From the NCBI GenBank assembly GCA_963792415.1, contig CAWBVY010000006.1:448001-512000 (forward strand): a stretch of 64,000 nt of DNA, in the 5' to 3' direction. Position 1 is the first letter of the stretch, and each line of letters opens with the position of its first letter. The notes under the pieces are model-generated. The model searched no databases and had not been told where the DNA came from. It saw only the letters and a list, made by a program, of their open reading frames with translations. This stretch comes from Candidatus Deferrimicrobiaceae bacterium. GTDB lineage: Bacteria > Desulfobacterota > Deferrimicrobia > Deferrimicrobiales > Deferrimicrobiaceae. Made by a program: the position numbers and the translations under genes. Below are positions 31,463-41,232 of the stretch, piece by piece.

Positions 31463-31996
31463 TCAGTTGACCGTCTGGAACGTCAAGTTGAACTTCACGA
31501 GTTTCGCGCCCGCCACCGTCGTCTGCTCGGCGGCCCCCAGCACGACTTCGCGGAAGCGGCCGGTCTGCCCCAGGGCGGTCATGAAATTCGCGATCGTGTA
31601 GTTGTTCAAGGCGACCCCGGAAAGGGTGACCCTCTCGTCCTTCACGCTCAGCGTGTCGATCCAGCACTTCTCGGGGATCGCGGCCGACAGCGCCTCGAAG
31701 TGCCGGACGGGGCCGGTACGCCCCTTCTGGAGGTTGGAGATGATGTCCACCTTTTTCTGGAGCTCCGCCTTCCGGGCCTTGAATTTCTCGACCTCGCCGA
31801 TCTCCTTTTTCAGACGCGCGATGTCGGCGTTGGCTTTCACGATGTCGGTGTTGAGCCTCGAGATCTTTCCCGAGACCGTGGTGTGGAAGTAGAGCGTGCC
31901 GGCCAGGACCACCAACGGCAAGGCAATCCACAAGGACCCGGCGTTCAGTTCCCTGCTCTTTTTCCTTTTCCCCCGGACTAGGTTGATCCGGATCAT
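31463..31996 (-). CDS. pilN: Type IV pilus protein PilN
   Basis: MIRINL motif, TM, coiled coil. Confidence 0.93.
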   Translation of the reverse strand: MIRINLVRGKRKKSRELNAGSLWIALPLVVLAGTLYFHTTVSGKISRLNTDIVKANADIARLKKEIGEVEKFKARKAELQKKVDIISNLQKGRTGPVRHFEALSAAIPEKCWIDTLSVKDERVTLSGVALNNYTIANFMTALGQTGRFREVVLGAAEQTTVAGAKLVKFNLTFQTVN

Positions 31997-33054
31997 CCGC
32001 GAGCCTCCAGGTTCCGCAGCGCGAGGCCGATCGACACCGTTGCGGAGGTGTTGAGTACGCCAACCACGGACGGGTCGGCGGCCTTGTCTTCCACCGTCAA
32101 CCCCTCGAACGGATCGAAGATCTCCACGTCAACCCCGATCTTTTCCGCCAGCATCTCCTTCAGGAAAGAGGACCTGGACGCCCCGCCGGTCAGGTACACT
32201 TTCGTGACCAGGCGGTCCGGATAGGTCGCGGAGAAGAAGTTGCAGGATCGCTGCGCCTCGGTGGCGAGAAGGCTGGAAACGACCTTCATGATCTCGGTGA
32301 CTTTCTCCGAGCGCTCCCCGGGGTCCTTCTTTCCCGTCTTGTACTCTTCCGCCGTCTCGAAGCTGACGGCGACCTGCTTCTGGATCTCGGTGGTGTACAT
32401 CCCCCCGCCCATGGGGACATCCCGCGTGAAGAGCGGGACTCCGGCGTGAAGGATGTTGATGTTCATGAACGACGCTCCGACGTTGACGACCATCGGCACC
32501 TGGTCGTCGGAAACCGGATGGGTGAGCTCGAAGGCGTTTCCCGCGGCCAGCGAGTCGATGTCGACGATCCGGGGGAGGAGACCGGCATCCTTCACGACGG
32601 AGATGTAATCGTTGATCAGGTCGGTTTTCGCCGCCACCAGAAGGACGTCCATCTTGGAGGGGTCGTCCTTCAGCGGACCGATCACCTGGAAGTCGATCTT
32701 GACGTCCTTGATGTCGAAGGGGATGTACTGCTCAACCTCCCACTGGATCGACTCCTCGAGCTCCTCGGCGGTCGTCGTTGGCAGCTGCACCTTCTTGATG
32801 ATCACGGAGTGCCCGGAGAGGGAGATGGCTACCTCCTTCTCGTGGATCTTCAACTCCCGCAAGGCGGTCTTGATCCCCTCGACGACGGCACCGTGGTCCA
32901 TGATCGCCCCGTCGACGATCGCGTCGGCCGGAAGGGGGAAGACCCCGAATTTCCGGAGACGGTTCTCGGCGCCCACCGCCTTGACGTGGGCCATCTTGAC
33001 GGAACTCGACCCGATGTCCAGCCCGACGATCTCCTTGCTGCCGAACAGCCCCAT
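31993..33054 (-). CDS. pilM: Type IV pilus protein PilM
   Basis: VGLDIGSSSVK, EQYIPF, VLLVAAK, LTGG, IGLALR. Confidence 0.95.
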   Translation of the reverse strand: MGLFGSKEIVGLDIGSSSVKMAHVKAVGAENRLRKFGVFPLPADAIVDGAIMDHGAVVEGIKTALRELKIHEKEVAISLSGHSVIIKKVQLPTTTAEELEESIQWEVEQYIPFDIKDVKIDFQVIGPLKDDPSKMDVLLVAAKTDLINDYISVVKDAGLLPRIVDIDSLAAGNAFELTHPVSDDQVPMVVNVGASFMNINILHAGVPLFTRDVPMGGGMYTTEIQKQVAVSFETAEEYKTGKKDPGERSEKVTEIMKVVSSLLATEAQRSCNFFSATYPDRLVTKVYLTGGASRSSFLKEMLAEKIGVDVEIFDPFEGLTVEDKAADPSVVGVLNTSATVSIGLALRNLEARG

Positions 33055-33076
33055 CGACGCCCCCGTGATCCCGCCG

Positions 33077-33307
33077 CTATTCCTTGGTGAACACCTTGTC
33101 CCGGTCGGACAGCTTCAAGCCCAGCGACAGGATGATCTTGCGCTTCGTGTCCATGCGGCACGCCAGTCCTTTTTCCACCCGGTCGATCGTCAGGACCGAG
33201 ATCTTCGCGCGCCGCCCCAGTTCCGCCTTGCTTAACAGGAGCCCTTCCCTTATCTTTCGGACGTTGTTGGGCTCAACTTTTCCATTTTCTTTTCCGGGGG
33301 TACCCAC
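33077..33307 (-). CDS. Small XRE-family HTH protein
   Basis: NNVRKIREGLLLSKAELGRRAKISVLTIDRVEKG; typical position upstream of pilM in deltaproteobacteria. Confidence 0.85.
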   Translation of the reverse strand: MGTPGKENGKVEPNNVRKIREGLLLSKAELGRRAKISVLTIDRVEKGLACRMDTKRKIILSLGLKLSDRDKVFTKE

Positions 33308-33507
33308 CGTGTTCGGATCCTCCGACCTCTACCTGATCTTGATCTTGGCACGCCAGCTCCGCCTTGCTTTCCGGGACCTCTCCCCCTGCTTTTCGGACGA
33401 TGGTGGGCGCAACTTTAACATTTTTTTCCGGGGGTTCCGTGGATATACCGGTTTCCGGCCCCTTCAACCTCTTTTCGTTTCGACGCCGAACGACCTCCCC
33501 GTGAGCA

Positions 33508-33535
33508 AGTATAGTCTGCACAAAGTACGTGTCAA
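33508..33535 (-). promoter_or_regulatory. Sigma70-type promoter for HTH-pilMNOPQ
   Basis: TTGACA-N16-TATACT on the minus strand. Confidence 0.65.
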
Positions 33536-33577
33536 GGTATGTTCAAAGGACCCTAAATGAAGCATACTTATGCGATC

Positions 33578-34975
33578 TTATACTCCCTCGATCCCGAACT
33601 CCTTCGCCTTGTAAAGGAGCGTCGGGTGACTGATCCCCAGCATCTCTGCCGCCTTGGGCCGGCTCCCCCCGGTCCGCTCGAGGGCGATCCGGATCAACTG
33701 GCGCTCGAGTTCCCGAACCGCGGCCTTGAGATCGGGCCGCTCCGGGGAGACGGGAACCCGGATTTCAAATGCCGGTCCGGTCTCCCCTCCCTCGGGGGAT
33801 CCGCCCCCCTTCCACACGGCGAGCAATCCGGCGCGGGTAACTTCGACGCCCGTCGCCAGGAGGGTGCATCGCTCCATCAGGTTGCGAAGCTCGCGGACGT
33901 TCCCCCGCCACTCGTGGGCGGCCATCGCCGCAAGCGCGTCCGCCGACAGGAGCATTTCACGCTTCCCGTACTTCCCGCAATAGTGCGACAGGAAGTGTTT
34001 CGCGAGGAGCGGAATATCGTCGTGCCGTTCCCTCAGGGGAGGGACATGGATCCGGATCACGTTCAGGCGGTAGAAGAGGTCCTCGCGGAACCGTCCCCCG
34101 GCCACTTCGCGCTCGAGGTCGCGCGCCGTGGCGGCCACCAGCCGCACGTTGACCTTCCTCGTCTCCGTGTCGCCGAGGCGGCGGATCTCCCCGTCCTGGA
34201 GGAAACGGAGCAGCTTCGTCTGCAGCGGCAGGGGGAACTCCCCGATCTCGTCGAGGAAGAGCGTGCCGCCGCCGGCCTCCTCGATCAGGCCGGCCCGGTC
34301 GGATCTCGCCTCGGTGAAGGCCCCCCGGCGGTGTCCGAAGAGCTCGCTCTCGAGAAGCGTCTCCGGAATGGCGCCGCAGTTGACGGCGACGAACGGCTTC
34401 CCTTTCCTGCGCCCCCCGAAGTGGAGAAGGCGCGCCACCAGCTCCTTTCCGGTCCCGCTCTCCCCGGTGACCAGCACCGTGGCGTCGTAATCCTTCACCT
34501 TGCCCGCCGTCCGGACCACCTCTTCCATCGGCCCGGAGGCGTAGAGAATCTCCTCCGGGCGGGCGGTCTTCTCGATCTCGCTCCGCAGGAAGGCGTTTTC
34601 GGTCCGCAGCCGCTCCCGCTCCGCCGCCTTCCGGAGGGTGAGGAGGATCTCGTCGCTCATGAACGGCTTCGAAACGTAGTCGTAGGCGCCCAGTTTCATC
34701 GCCTCGATGGCGGTTTCCACGGTGCCGAACGCCGACATCATGATGACGGTCCCGGGGATCCCGCGCGCGGTGATCTCCCGCAGGAGGTCGAGACCCCCCA
34801 TCACGGGCATCCGCAGGTCGCACAGGAGAAAATCGAACGTCGAAGCGCCGAGGACGGCGAGCGCCTCCTTCCCGTCCCCCGCCTGCCGGACCTCGTACCC
34901 TTCCGCGGTCAGGATTCTCGCCAGCGCGTCCCGCAGCGACGCCTCGTCGTCCACGATCAGGATCCGGTCAGCCAT
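33578..34975 (-). CDS. Sigma54-dependent response regulator (PilR2-like)
   Basis: Receiver, GESGTGKE, GAFTEA (GAFTGA variant), LFLDEIG, RGNVREL, Fis HTH. Confidence 0.92.
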   Translation of the reverse strand: MADRILIVDDEASLRDALARILTAEGYEVRQAGDGKEALAVLGASTFDFLLCDLRMPVMGGLDLLREITARGIPGTVIMMSAFGTVETAIEAMKLGAYDYVSKPFMSDEILLTLRKAAERERLRTENAFLRSEIEKTARPEEILYASGPMEEVVRTAGKVKDYDATVLVTGESGTGKELVARLLHFGGRRKGKPFVAVNCGAIPETLLESELFGHRRGAFTEARSDRAGLIEEAGGGTLFLDEIGEFPLPLQTKLLRFLQDGEIRRLGDTETRKVNVRLVAATARDLEREVAGGRFREDLFYRLNVIRIHVPPLRERHDDIPLLAKHFLSHYCGKYGKREMLLSADALAAMAAHEWRGNVRELRNLMERCTLLATGVEVTRAGLLAVWKGGGSPEGGETGPAFEIRVPVSPERPDLKAAVRELERQLIRIALERTGGSRPKAAEMLGISHPTLLYKAKEFGIEGV

Positions 34976-36515
34976 GGATTCTCTTTCCTCCCCCGCTCCC
35001 CGCCGCTCCGCGGGCGGACGGCAGCACCACGACGAAGGTCGCCCCCTTCCCTTCCTCGCTCTCCACGCGAATCTCCCCCCCCGCCCCCTCGACGATCGTC
35101 CGCGAAACGGAGAGGCCGAGCCCCGTCCCCTTGCCCGGCTCCTTGGTCGTGAAGAACGGGTCGAAGAGGAGCGGGAGATCGCAGGCCGGGATCCCGCCCC
35201 CGGAGTCGGTCACGGCAAGCGCGACGCCTCCTCCCGTCCCTGCTCCGGCAGCGCGCAGCCGGGTGCCGTCCATCTCCGCCGGGTCCGTCGCCCGCCGGCG
35301 CAGGGGGGATCGTCCCCCGGGGCTCCACCCCTCCATCCCCCAGGTTCGCACGGTCACCCTTCCGCGGCCCTTCATCGCGTCCACCGCGTTGATGACCAGG
35401 TTCAGCAGCACCTGGCGGAACCGGTCCTCGAGGATCGCCGCCCGGGGCGTTTCGCCGAGGTCCAATCGAACCTCAACGTCGCGGAAGAGGTCCCGGTGCG
35501 AGAGCATCCCGACCGTCTCATGCACCACGGCGTTCACGTCCGTCGCCCCCGCCCTCCCGTCGCCGGGTGACGCCACGGAGAGGAGCCCCCGGACGATGTT
35601 CTCGATCTTCCTCGTCTCCTCGACGACCTTGTCGAGGCACACCTTCGACTCCGCGACGGTCGGTTGATGCCTCAGCAGGTGCTCCGCGTACCCGCGGATC
35701 GCCATCAGCGGGTTCCCCACCTCGTGGGCGACCCCGGCCGCGAGTCGCCCCACGGTGGCGAGCTTCTCGGATCGGAACGACTCCTTCTCGGAGCGGCGCA
35801 GCCGTTCCTGCGCCTCGAGTATCCCCTCGACCATCCGGTTGAAGGAGGCGGCGAGCTGCCCCACCTCGTTCCCCTCGACGCCTTCGACGCGCAGCGAGTA
35901 ATCCCCCGCCGCGACCTTCTCGGCGGCGGACGCGAGCTTGCGCACGGGGGAGATCACGGTCCGGTCGAGAAAGATCCCCCCGAAGAGGACGATGACGGCG
36001 ATGTCGATCGCCGCCAGCAGCAGCGTGACGTTCACAAAGGTCCCGACCTCGGCGGCGATCCCGGGGGAATGGAAGCGGACCCGGATGCCGCGAGGCACCG
36101 ACGAGGCGGCGGATGCGACGGGCGGGGGGAGCGGACCGAACGGCAGGATCACATCCACGGTCGGATACACCGGGAGGAGCGGGAACGCCTTCTGTCCCAC
36201 GGGGACGACCTTTGGAAGACCGTCGGGCGGCGGTTCCGGCAGCAGGACGACCTCGTTGACGTACGGGGAGAGGGACCGGAGGAACATCCCGGCGGGGAGG
36301 TTCGGGGACCCCGGGTTCTCCGCGATCTCCCTTTCCACCGTCCTTCGGACGACCCCGGCGACGGAGATGCCGGCTTCCACGTGGCGGCGCTGCAGGGTGA
36401 CCTCGATCACCTTCAGCGCGAAGACGGCGAGGAGCGCGAGGGATGCGGTGGCCACCAGCGCGAGCTGCAGCACGACGCCGGCGCGGATCGAGAGGGGGCG
36501 CCTCAGCGGTCCCAT
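34968..36515 (-). CDS. Sensor histidine kinase (PilS2-like, HAMP-HisKA-HATPase)
   Basis: Two TMs, HAMP, AGVAHEVGNP, QVLLNLVINAVDAM, FFTTKEPGKGTGLGL; start estimated. Confidence 0.9.
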   Translation of the reverse strand: MGPLRRPLSIRAGVVLQLALVATASLALLAVFALKVIEVTLQRRHVEAGISVAGVVRRTVEREIAENPGSPNLPAGMFLRSLSPYVNEVVLLPEPPPDGLPKVVPVGQKAFPLLPVYPTVDVILPFGPLPPPVASAASSVPRGIRVRFHSPGIAAEVGTFVNVTLLLAAIDIAVIVLFGGIFLDRTVISPVRKLASAAEKVAAGDYSLRVEGVEGNEVGQLAASFNRMVEGILEAQERLRRSEKESFRSEKLATVGRLAAGVAHEVGNPLMAIRGYAEHLLRHQPTVAESKVCLDKVVEETRKIENIVRGLLSVASPGDGRAGATDVNAVVHETVGMLSHRDLFRDVEVRLDLGETPRAAILEDRFRQVLLNLVINAVDAMKGRGRVTVRTWGMEGWSPGGRSPLRRRATDPAEMDGTRLRAAGAGTGGGVALAVTDSGGGIPACDLPLLFDPFFTTKEPGKGTGLGLSVSRTIVEGAGGEIRVESEEGKGATFVVVLPSARGAAGSGGGKRIHG

Positions 36516-36531
36516 GGGAAGAGGATGCACG

Positions 36532-36559
36532 TTGACTCTGGGGTCACGTCCGTTAGAAT
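36532..36559 (+). promoter_or_regulatory. Sigma70-type promoter for the plus-strand two-gene operon
   Basis: TTGACT-N16-TAGAAT; overlapping TGAC-N6-GTCA palindrome. Confidence 0.5.
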
Positions 36560-36576
36560 AGCAAAAACCGAAAGGG

Positions 36577-37065
36577 GTGGGGAATTTGGGCACGTTCGAA
36601 CATCGCCGCCGCAAGAGGATCGTGGATCCGGGACTCCAGGTCGGGCTGGCCGTCCGGCTCCTCCTTGTCCTCACCGCTCTGCTTGCGGCGGGGATCGCCC
36701 TCGCGTTCGCCCCGTCGGCCTACATCCTCGCCACGACGAACGACCTGAAATCCCTCGAGCCGGCGGCTGCCGAGTTCCTCGTGCTCCACATGCGCCTCTG
36801 GCCCGCCGCGCTTCTCTCCTTCGCCGGGATCTTCGTCTACGCGATCCTTTTCAGCCACCGGATCGCGGGACCCGTCTACCGGATCAACGCGGTACTCCGG
36901 GCGCTCATCGACGACCGGGATCCCCCCGTCGTGAAATTCCGCGACGGCGACTACTTCCACCCCACCGCAACATTGCTGGGAGAGTTGTCGGAAAAGATGC
37001 GCTCCTTGCGGCGGACCCCGGCACCAGGCGAAACCGGCGATCCCCCGCAAGGCGACGAGAAATGA
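36577..37065 (+). CDS. Two-TM membrane protein with HAMP-like tail
   Basis: RRRKRIVDPGLQ, two TM helices, SHRIAGPVYRI...FRDGDYF; stop overlaps the next ATG. Confidence 0.8.
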   Translation: MGNLGTFEHRRRKRIVDPGLQVGLAVRLLLVLTALLAAGIALAFAPSAYILATTNDLKSLEPAAAEFLVLHMRLWPAALLSFAGIFVYAILFSHRIAGPVYRINAVLRALIDDRDPPVVKFRDGDYFHPTATLLGELSEKMRSLRRTPAPGETGDPPQGDEK

Positions 37066-37487
37066 GCACGTCCCGCGGGATCTTCCTGCGTCCCTCCCCT
37101 GCAGATCGTGGCAACGGCACGCGCGGGTTCACGCTGATCGAGCTCACCATCGTCGTCGCCCTCATAGGCATTCTGGCGGGATTGGCGGCGTACACCTATC
37201 GCATGATGATCAACAAGGCGCGGATGACGCAGGCGAAGACGGTGCTTAGCCACCTCAACAAGATGGAGGCCACCTACTACAGCGACCACGACCGGTACAC
37301 GGACAACGTCGTGCTGCTCGATTTCGACCCGGTGAAGTACCCCTACTACGATATCTCGGTAGTCCTCGACAACGATGCGAGGAATTTTCTGGGGATCGCA
37401 ACGGGGGTCGGCCCCATGACGGGGGACTGGTGGACGATCACCAAAGACGGGCAGCCGGTCCAGGCCGACAACTCGGTGTTCAGATGA
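37062..37487 (+). CDS. Type IV pilin-like protein (141 aa)
   Basis: Prepilin cleavage G|FTLIELTIVVALIGILAGLA, KARMTQAKTVL; C-terminal part of ORF 35664..37487. Confidence 0.9.
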   Translation: MSTSRGIFLRPSPADRGNGTRGFTLIELTIVVALIGILAGLAAYTYRMMINKARMTQAKTVLSHLNKMEATYYSDHDRYTDNVVLLDFDPVKYPYYDISVVLDNDARNFLGIATGVGPMTGDWWTITKDGQPVQADNSVFR

Positions 37488-38259
37488 GGATCCACCTCCA
37501 GAACACCCCCCCCAGATACCGGGCACCGAAAGCGGCGACGCACAAGTAGGGCCCGAACGGGATCGCCGTCTTCAGTCCCTCCCCGCCCTTTCGCATCGCC
37601 AGCATCCCCCCGGTTGCACCGAGGAGCGCGCCGAAGAAGATCGTGGCGAGCGTCCCGCGCCACCCGACGAACGCACCGATCATCGCCAGCAGCTTGATGT
37701 CGCCGCCTCCCATCCCCTCGGCCCCGCGGATCTTCTCGTACAGGAACGCAGTGGCGTAGAGGATGCCGCCCCCCAGCAGCGCACCCGTGAAACTCCCCTT
37801 CCAATCCCCGCCGGGGAGAAAGGAAAGGAGGAGCCCCGCGGCGAGTCCGCCGAGGGAGAGTTCGTCGGGGATGATCCGGTGGTCGATGTCGATGAAGGCG
37901 ATCGGTATGAGGAGGGAGAGGAAGAGGAGGTCGCGCAGCAGCGGGACCCCGGGCCCGTCCAGTAGAAAGATCGCCACGAACCCGGCCGCGGTGAACAGCT
38001 CGACCGCCGGATACCGCCAGGAGATCGCCATCCGGCACCCGGCGCATTTCCCCCCGAGGGCGAGGAAACCGACGATGGGGATATTCTCCCACGCCCGGAT
38101 CGCCCGGCCGCAGCCGGGACAGCGCGACCGTGGGGAGACGATCGACTCCCCGCGCGGCAGGCGGTGAATCACCACGTTCAGGAACGACCCGATGCACGCG
38201 CCGACGAGGAACATCGCCGAAACGGCGAGGAGGAAGACGCCGGCGGGCAACGCGATCAT
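37480..38259 (-). CDS. pilD: Prepilin peptidase
   Basis: GSFLNVVIHRLP, two CxxC, DIDHRIIPD, GMGGGDIKL, IPFGPYL. Confidence 0.96.
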   Translation of the reverse strand: MIALPAGVFLLAVSAMFLVGACIGSFLNVVIHRLPRGESIVSPRSRCPGCGRAIRAWENIPIVGFLALGGKCAGCRMAISWRYPAVELFTAAGFVAIFLLDGPGVPLLRDLLFLSLLIPIAFIDIDHRIIPDELSLGGLAAGLLLSFLPGGDWKGSFTGALLGGGILYATAFLYEKIRGAEGMGGGDIKLLAMIGAFVGWRGTLATIFFGALLGATGGMLAMRKGGEGLKTAIPFGPYLCVAAFGARYLGGVFWRWILI

Positions 38260-39032
38260 TTGAAGTCTTTACGGGAGAAGAGGAGACAGGAAAGGCAGAG
38301 AACGCATGCGGCGTAGGCCACCAGGTACCCCGCCGCCCATCCGAGGATCGAGAACGACTTCAGGCCCCCGTACGCCACCTCGTTCTTCCAGTTGAAGTTC
38401 TCAAGGTTCGGAAGGAGAAAGAACAGGAAACGGCTCCCCCACCGCAGTGCCGTCCCCTTCGACTGCTCCCCAAGAACGTAGAGATAATTCGTCAGATGGC
38501 CGACGAGGAAGAGGGAGAGCGTGAAGATGGCGCTCAACACCGGCGTGGTGAACGTCGAGAAGAGGGAGGCGAGGCACGTGAGCAGCACGAGCTCCATGTA
38601 GATCCCCGCGGAGGCGATGAAGATGCCGACCTCCGCCCTCCCGCCGTGCCGGTAGGAAAGGTGCACGAGGAAGAGGACCGCCGCCATCGCGAGCGTCGTG
38701 AGCAGAAGGGTTACGCTCAGCCCGAGCGTCTTTCCGAAGATGAACTCGAAGCGCCGCACGGGCTTGGAGAGGAGGATGTAGATCGTCTTCCGGTCCACCT
38801 CGTTGCTGACGAGGTTGATCCCGAGGAAGACCGCCATGATGACCCCGAATACGTGGATGCTGGCCAGCCCCACGTCGGCGATGATCCGGGCGAAGTCGCC
38901 GACCGACAGGTCGGCGAGGAAGAAGGTCATGCCGATGACGAAGAGGGCGAAGGCCAGGATCGCGTAGAGGATCTTGTTCCGGATCGTCTCCCGGAAGGTG
39001 TTGGCGGCGATGGAGAAGATCCTGCGGAACAT
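38256..39032 (-). CDS. ABC transporter permease (PilI-like)
   Basis: IAANTFRETIRNK, EVDRKTIYILLSKPV, LPNL, FSRKDF. Confidence 0.9.
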   Translation of the reverse strand: MFRRIFSIAANTFRETIRNKILYAILAFALFVIGMTFFLADLSVGDFARIIADVGLASIHVFGVIMAVFLGINLVSNEVDRKTIYILLSKPVRRFEFIFGKTLGLSVTLLLTTLAMAAVLFLVHLSYRHGGRAEVGIFIASAGIYMELVLLTCLASLFSTFTTPVLSAIFTLSLFLVGHLTNYLYVLGEQSKGTALRWGSRFLFFLLPNLENFNWKNEVAYGGLKSFSILGWAAGYLVAYAACVLCLSCLLFSRKDFK

Positions 39033-39033
39033 G

Positions 39034-39999
39034 TCAGGACGCCGTTCCCGTCGCGCCGGGGTTCCCGACACGCTCCATGAAAATCTCCTCGAGGTTCTTC
39101 TTCACCGGGACGCACGAAAGGACGTGAACACCCCTCCCGCAGAAGACCCGCGATCCACCGGTTCGCCTGCCCGTTGTCCGGGGCCCGCAGCACGAGGAGA
39201 GCGCCCTGCGACGTATCCGGCGTCCGGAGGAATCCCCGCCGCCGCGAGCCGGTCCGCGCGGGAGGACCGGCGAGACAACCAGCTCGATGTAGAGCGTCTC
39301 CGCCCCGATCAGCTCCTCCACCCGACCCTCCGCCACCTTTCGACCCTTGTGCAGCATGATGACCCGGTCGCAGAGGGCCTCCACGTCGGAGAGGATGTGG
39401 GAGCTGAAAAACACCGTCTTCCCCGCCGCCTTGAGATCCCGGATGATGCCGCGCACCTCCATCCGGCCCATCGGGTCCAGCCCGGACATCGGCTCGTCGA
39501 GGATCACGAGCTCCGGGTCGTGCAGCAGCGCCTGTGCCAGCCCCAGCCGCTGCATCATCCCCTTGGAATATTTCCGGATGGCCGTGTCCCGGGCCCCCGA
39601 AAGCCCGACCCGGGCGAGGAGCTCCGAAGAGCGGGACTCCGTGTCCGCGCGCGACATCCCGCACAGCTGGCCGCAAAGGCGAAGGAACTCCCCGCCGGTG
39701 AGATATTCGTAGAAGTACGGCTGCTCCGGCATGAAGCCGATGCGGCGGCGAACGTCGGCCCCGTCCCGGACCTGCCCGCCGAACAGGGTCACCTTCCCCG
39801 CGTCCGGGAACGCGAGGCGGTTCAGGATCTTGATCGTGGTCGTCTTCCCTGCGCCGTTGGGCCCCAGAAACCCGACGATCTCGTTCTCGCGCACCTCGCA
39901 CGACAGATCCGACAGGACGCGGACCGGTTTCCTCCAGAATCCGGTCGGGTACGATTTCGACAATCCCTCGATGACGAGGATCGGCTTTTCGTGGATCAT
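39034..39999 (-). CDS. ABC transporter ATP-binding protein (PilH-like), compensating frameshifts near the C-terminus
   Basis: GPNGAGKTT, YSKGMMQR, ILDEP, SSH. The sensible C-terminal sequence (ALLVLRAPDNGQANRWIAGLLREG) lies in another frame around 39130-39260. Confidence 0.85.
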   Translation of the reverse strand: MIHEKPILVIEGLSKSYPTGFWRKPVRVLSDLSCEVRENEIVGFLGPNGAGKTTTIKILNRLAFPDAGKVTLFGGQVRDGADVRRRIGFMPEQPYFYEYLTGGEFLRLCGQLCGMSRADTESRSSELLARVGLSGARDTAIRKYSKGMMQRLGLAQALLHDPELVILDEPMSGLDPMGRMEVRGIIRDLKAAGKTVFFSSHILSDVEALCDRVIMLHKGRKVAEGRVEELIGAETLYIELVVSPVLPRGPARGGGDSSGRRIRRRALSSCCGPRTTGRRTGGSRVFCGRGVHVLSCVPVKKNLEEIFMERVGNPGATGTAS

Positions 40000-40875
40000 T
40001 TCTTCTGGAACACCCGGAGCCGCTGCGTGACCCGGTCGCTGCGCACCTTTCCCCCCGCGTTCGATGACGTATCTCCCCCCGTTGGGTTCCGCCGGTATGC
40101 CCGGCAGGATCCCCGCCCGGACGAGATCCGACAGTTCTCGCGGGACGGCCCCCATCTTCTCCCGATACGATTCCACGGCCCACTCCAATGCCTGGAGGTC
40201 CCGCTCGACGGTCACCTCCCGGATCCGGCGCTCCAGGACCGCCCGCCGCAAGGGATCGCTCTCCTGCCGGACGATCGTCTCCAGCATGGCTAACGCTTTC
40301 CCCGGGTCCTTCGCCTCCGACAACATCCGCGACGCGAGTCCCGGCAGATACGCGGGGCTTCCGGGCAACTGCGCCGCCTCCGCCATCGCCTTCCCCGCCG
40401 TTTCCGTTTCACCGAGGGAGAAGTAGTGCGTGTATCCCATGTAGAAGGGGAAACGCCAGTCGGCCGGGTACTGCTCCTTGCCCCGCCCGAGAACGCGCAG
40501 CGCTTTCCGCGCATGATGCGTCGACTCTCCGAGGACGAGGCCCCCGAGGAGGTAGGGCATCTCGAACTTCGGGTCGAGGTCCGCCTCCACGTTCAGGAGC
40601 ACGTAGAGCCGGTCGTACTCCGTGGGGGTCATCTTCCGGTTCCCGGCCACCTGGACCGCCTGGAGCCAGGCGATATCGGCCAGGAACGTTCCGGAAGCCG
40701 AACGCGAACTCCGGCCTTCGGCTGACCGCGCAGAGCAGACCCGGCCGCTTCCGGACCTGCCGGCCCGAATCCCGGCAAGTCACGCAAGGGGAGCAGTCGC
40801 CAGGAGAAACCCATGGAAACCAGGAGCGCGAAGTGCGGCTGCCCACCCCCACGCTCCCCTCGATGCCTCGTTCAT
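39996..40875 (-). pseudogene. PilG-like TPR membrane protein, frameshifted (probably assembly error)
   Basis: LADIAWLQAVQ, LDPKFEMPY, PADWRFPFYMG, SDLVRAGILPGIPAEPNGGRY. The frame-corrected end KVRSDRVTQRLRVFQKK* gives an ATGA overlap with pilH; several indels near the 5' end. Confidence 0.75.
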
Positions 40876-41171
40876 CCCGGCAGGATCCTCTCCATGGATC
40901 GTATACGGTGATCATATCTTTATCAGGTTCTTATCATGGAATCGCTCGCGGGCGTCAAACACGTGGTTACGATACAGCGGGCCAACGTAGTGCGCAAGTG
41001 CGTTCCCCGAACTCACCAAGGGGTACGAAGCATCCTCCGGCCTTCTCCAGACAATACTTGGGAGGGTACAAATCGCGGTGGGTTATGTCCCGTCGCCGGT
41101 CCGTGCAGGATTCCTGATCCGGGTGGATGCACCGGCCATCGTGCGTTTTCGCGATTCGGGAAGCTGTGGAA

Positions 41172-41205
41172 AAGGAAAAGGCGGCATCGCTGCCGCCTTT
41201 TCCTT
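41172..41205. terminator. Intrinsic terminator downstream of pilA
   Basis: AAGGAAAAGGCGGCA-TCGC-TGCCGCCTTTTCCTT perfect 15-bp inverted repeat. Confidence 0.85.
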
Positions 41206-41232
41206 CCTGAACACGGTCCTGTTCAGATCAGG

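Noticed and set aside
39034-40650. Apparent 538-aa PilG-PilH fusion
   Set aside because: Removing one base from the G6/A3 run near 40050 restores a PilG stop overlapping the pilH ATG (ATGA); it lies within the indel cluster
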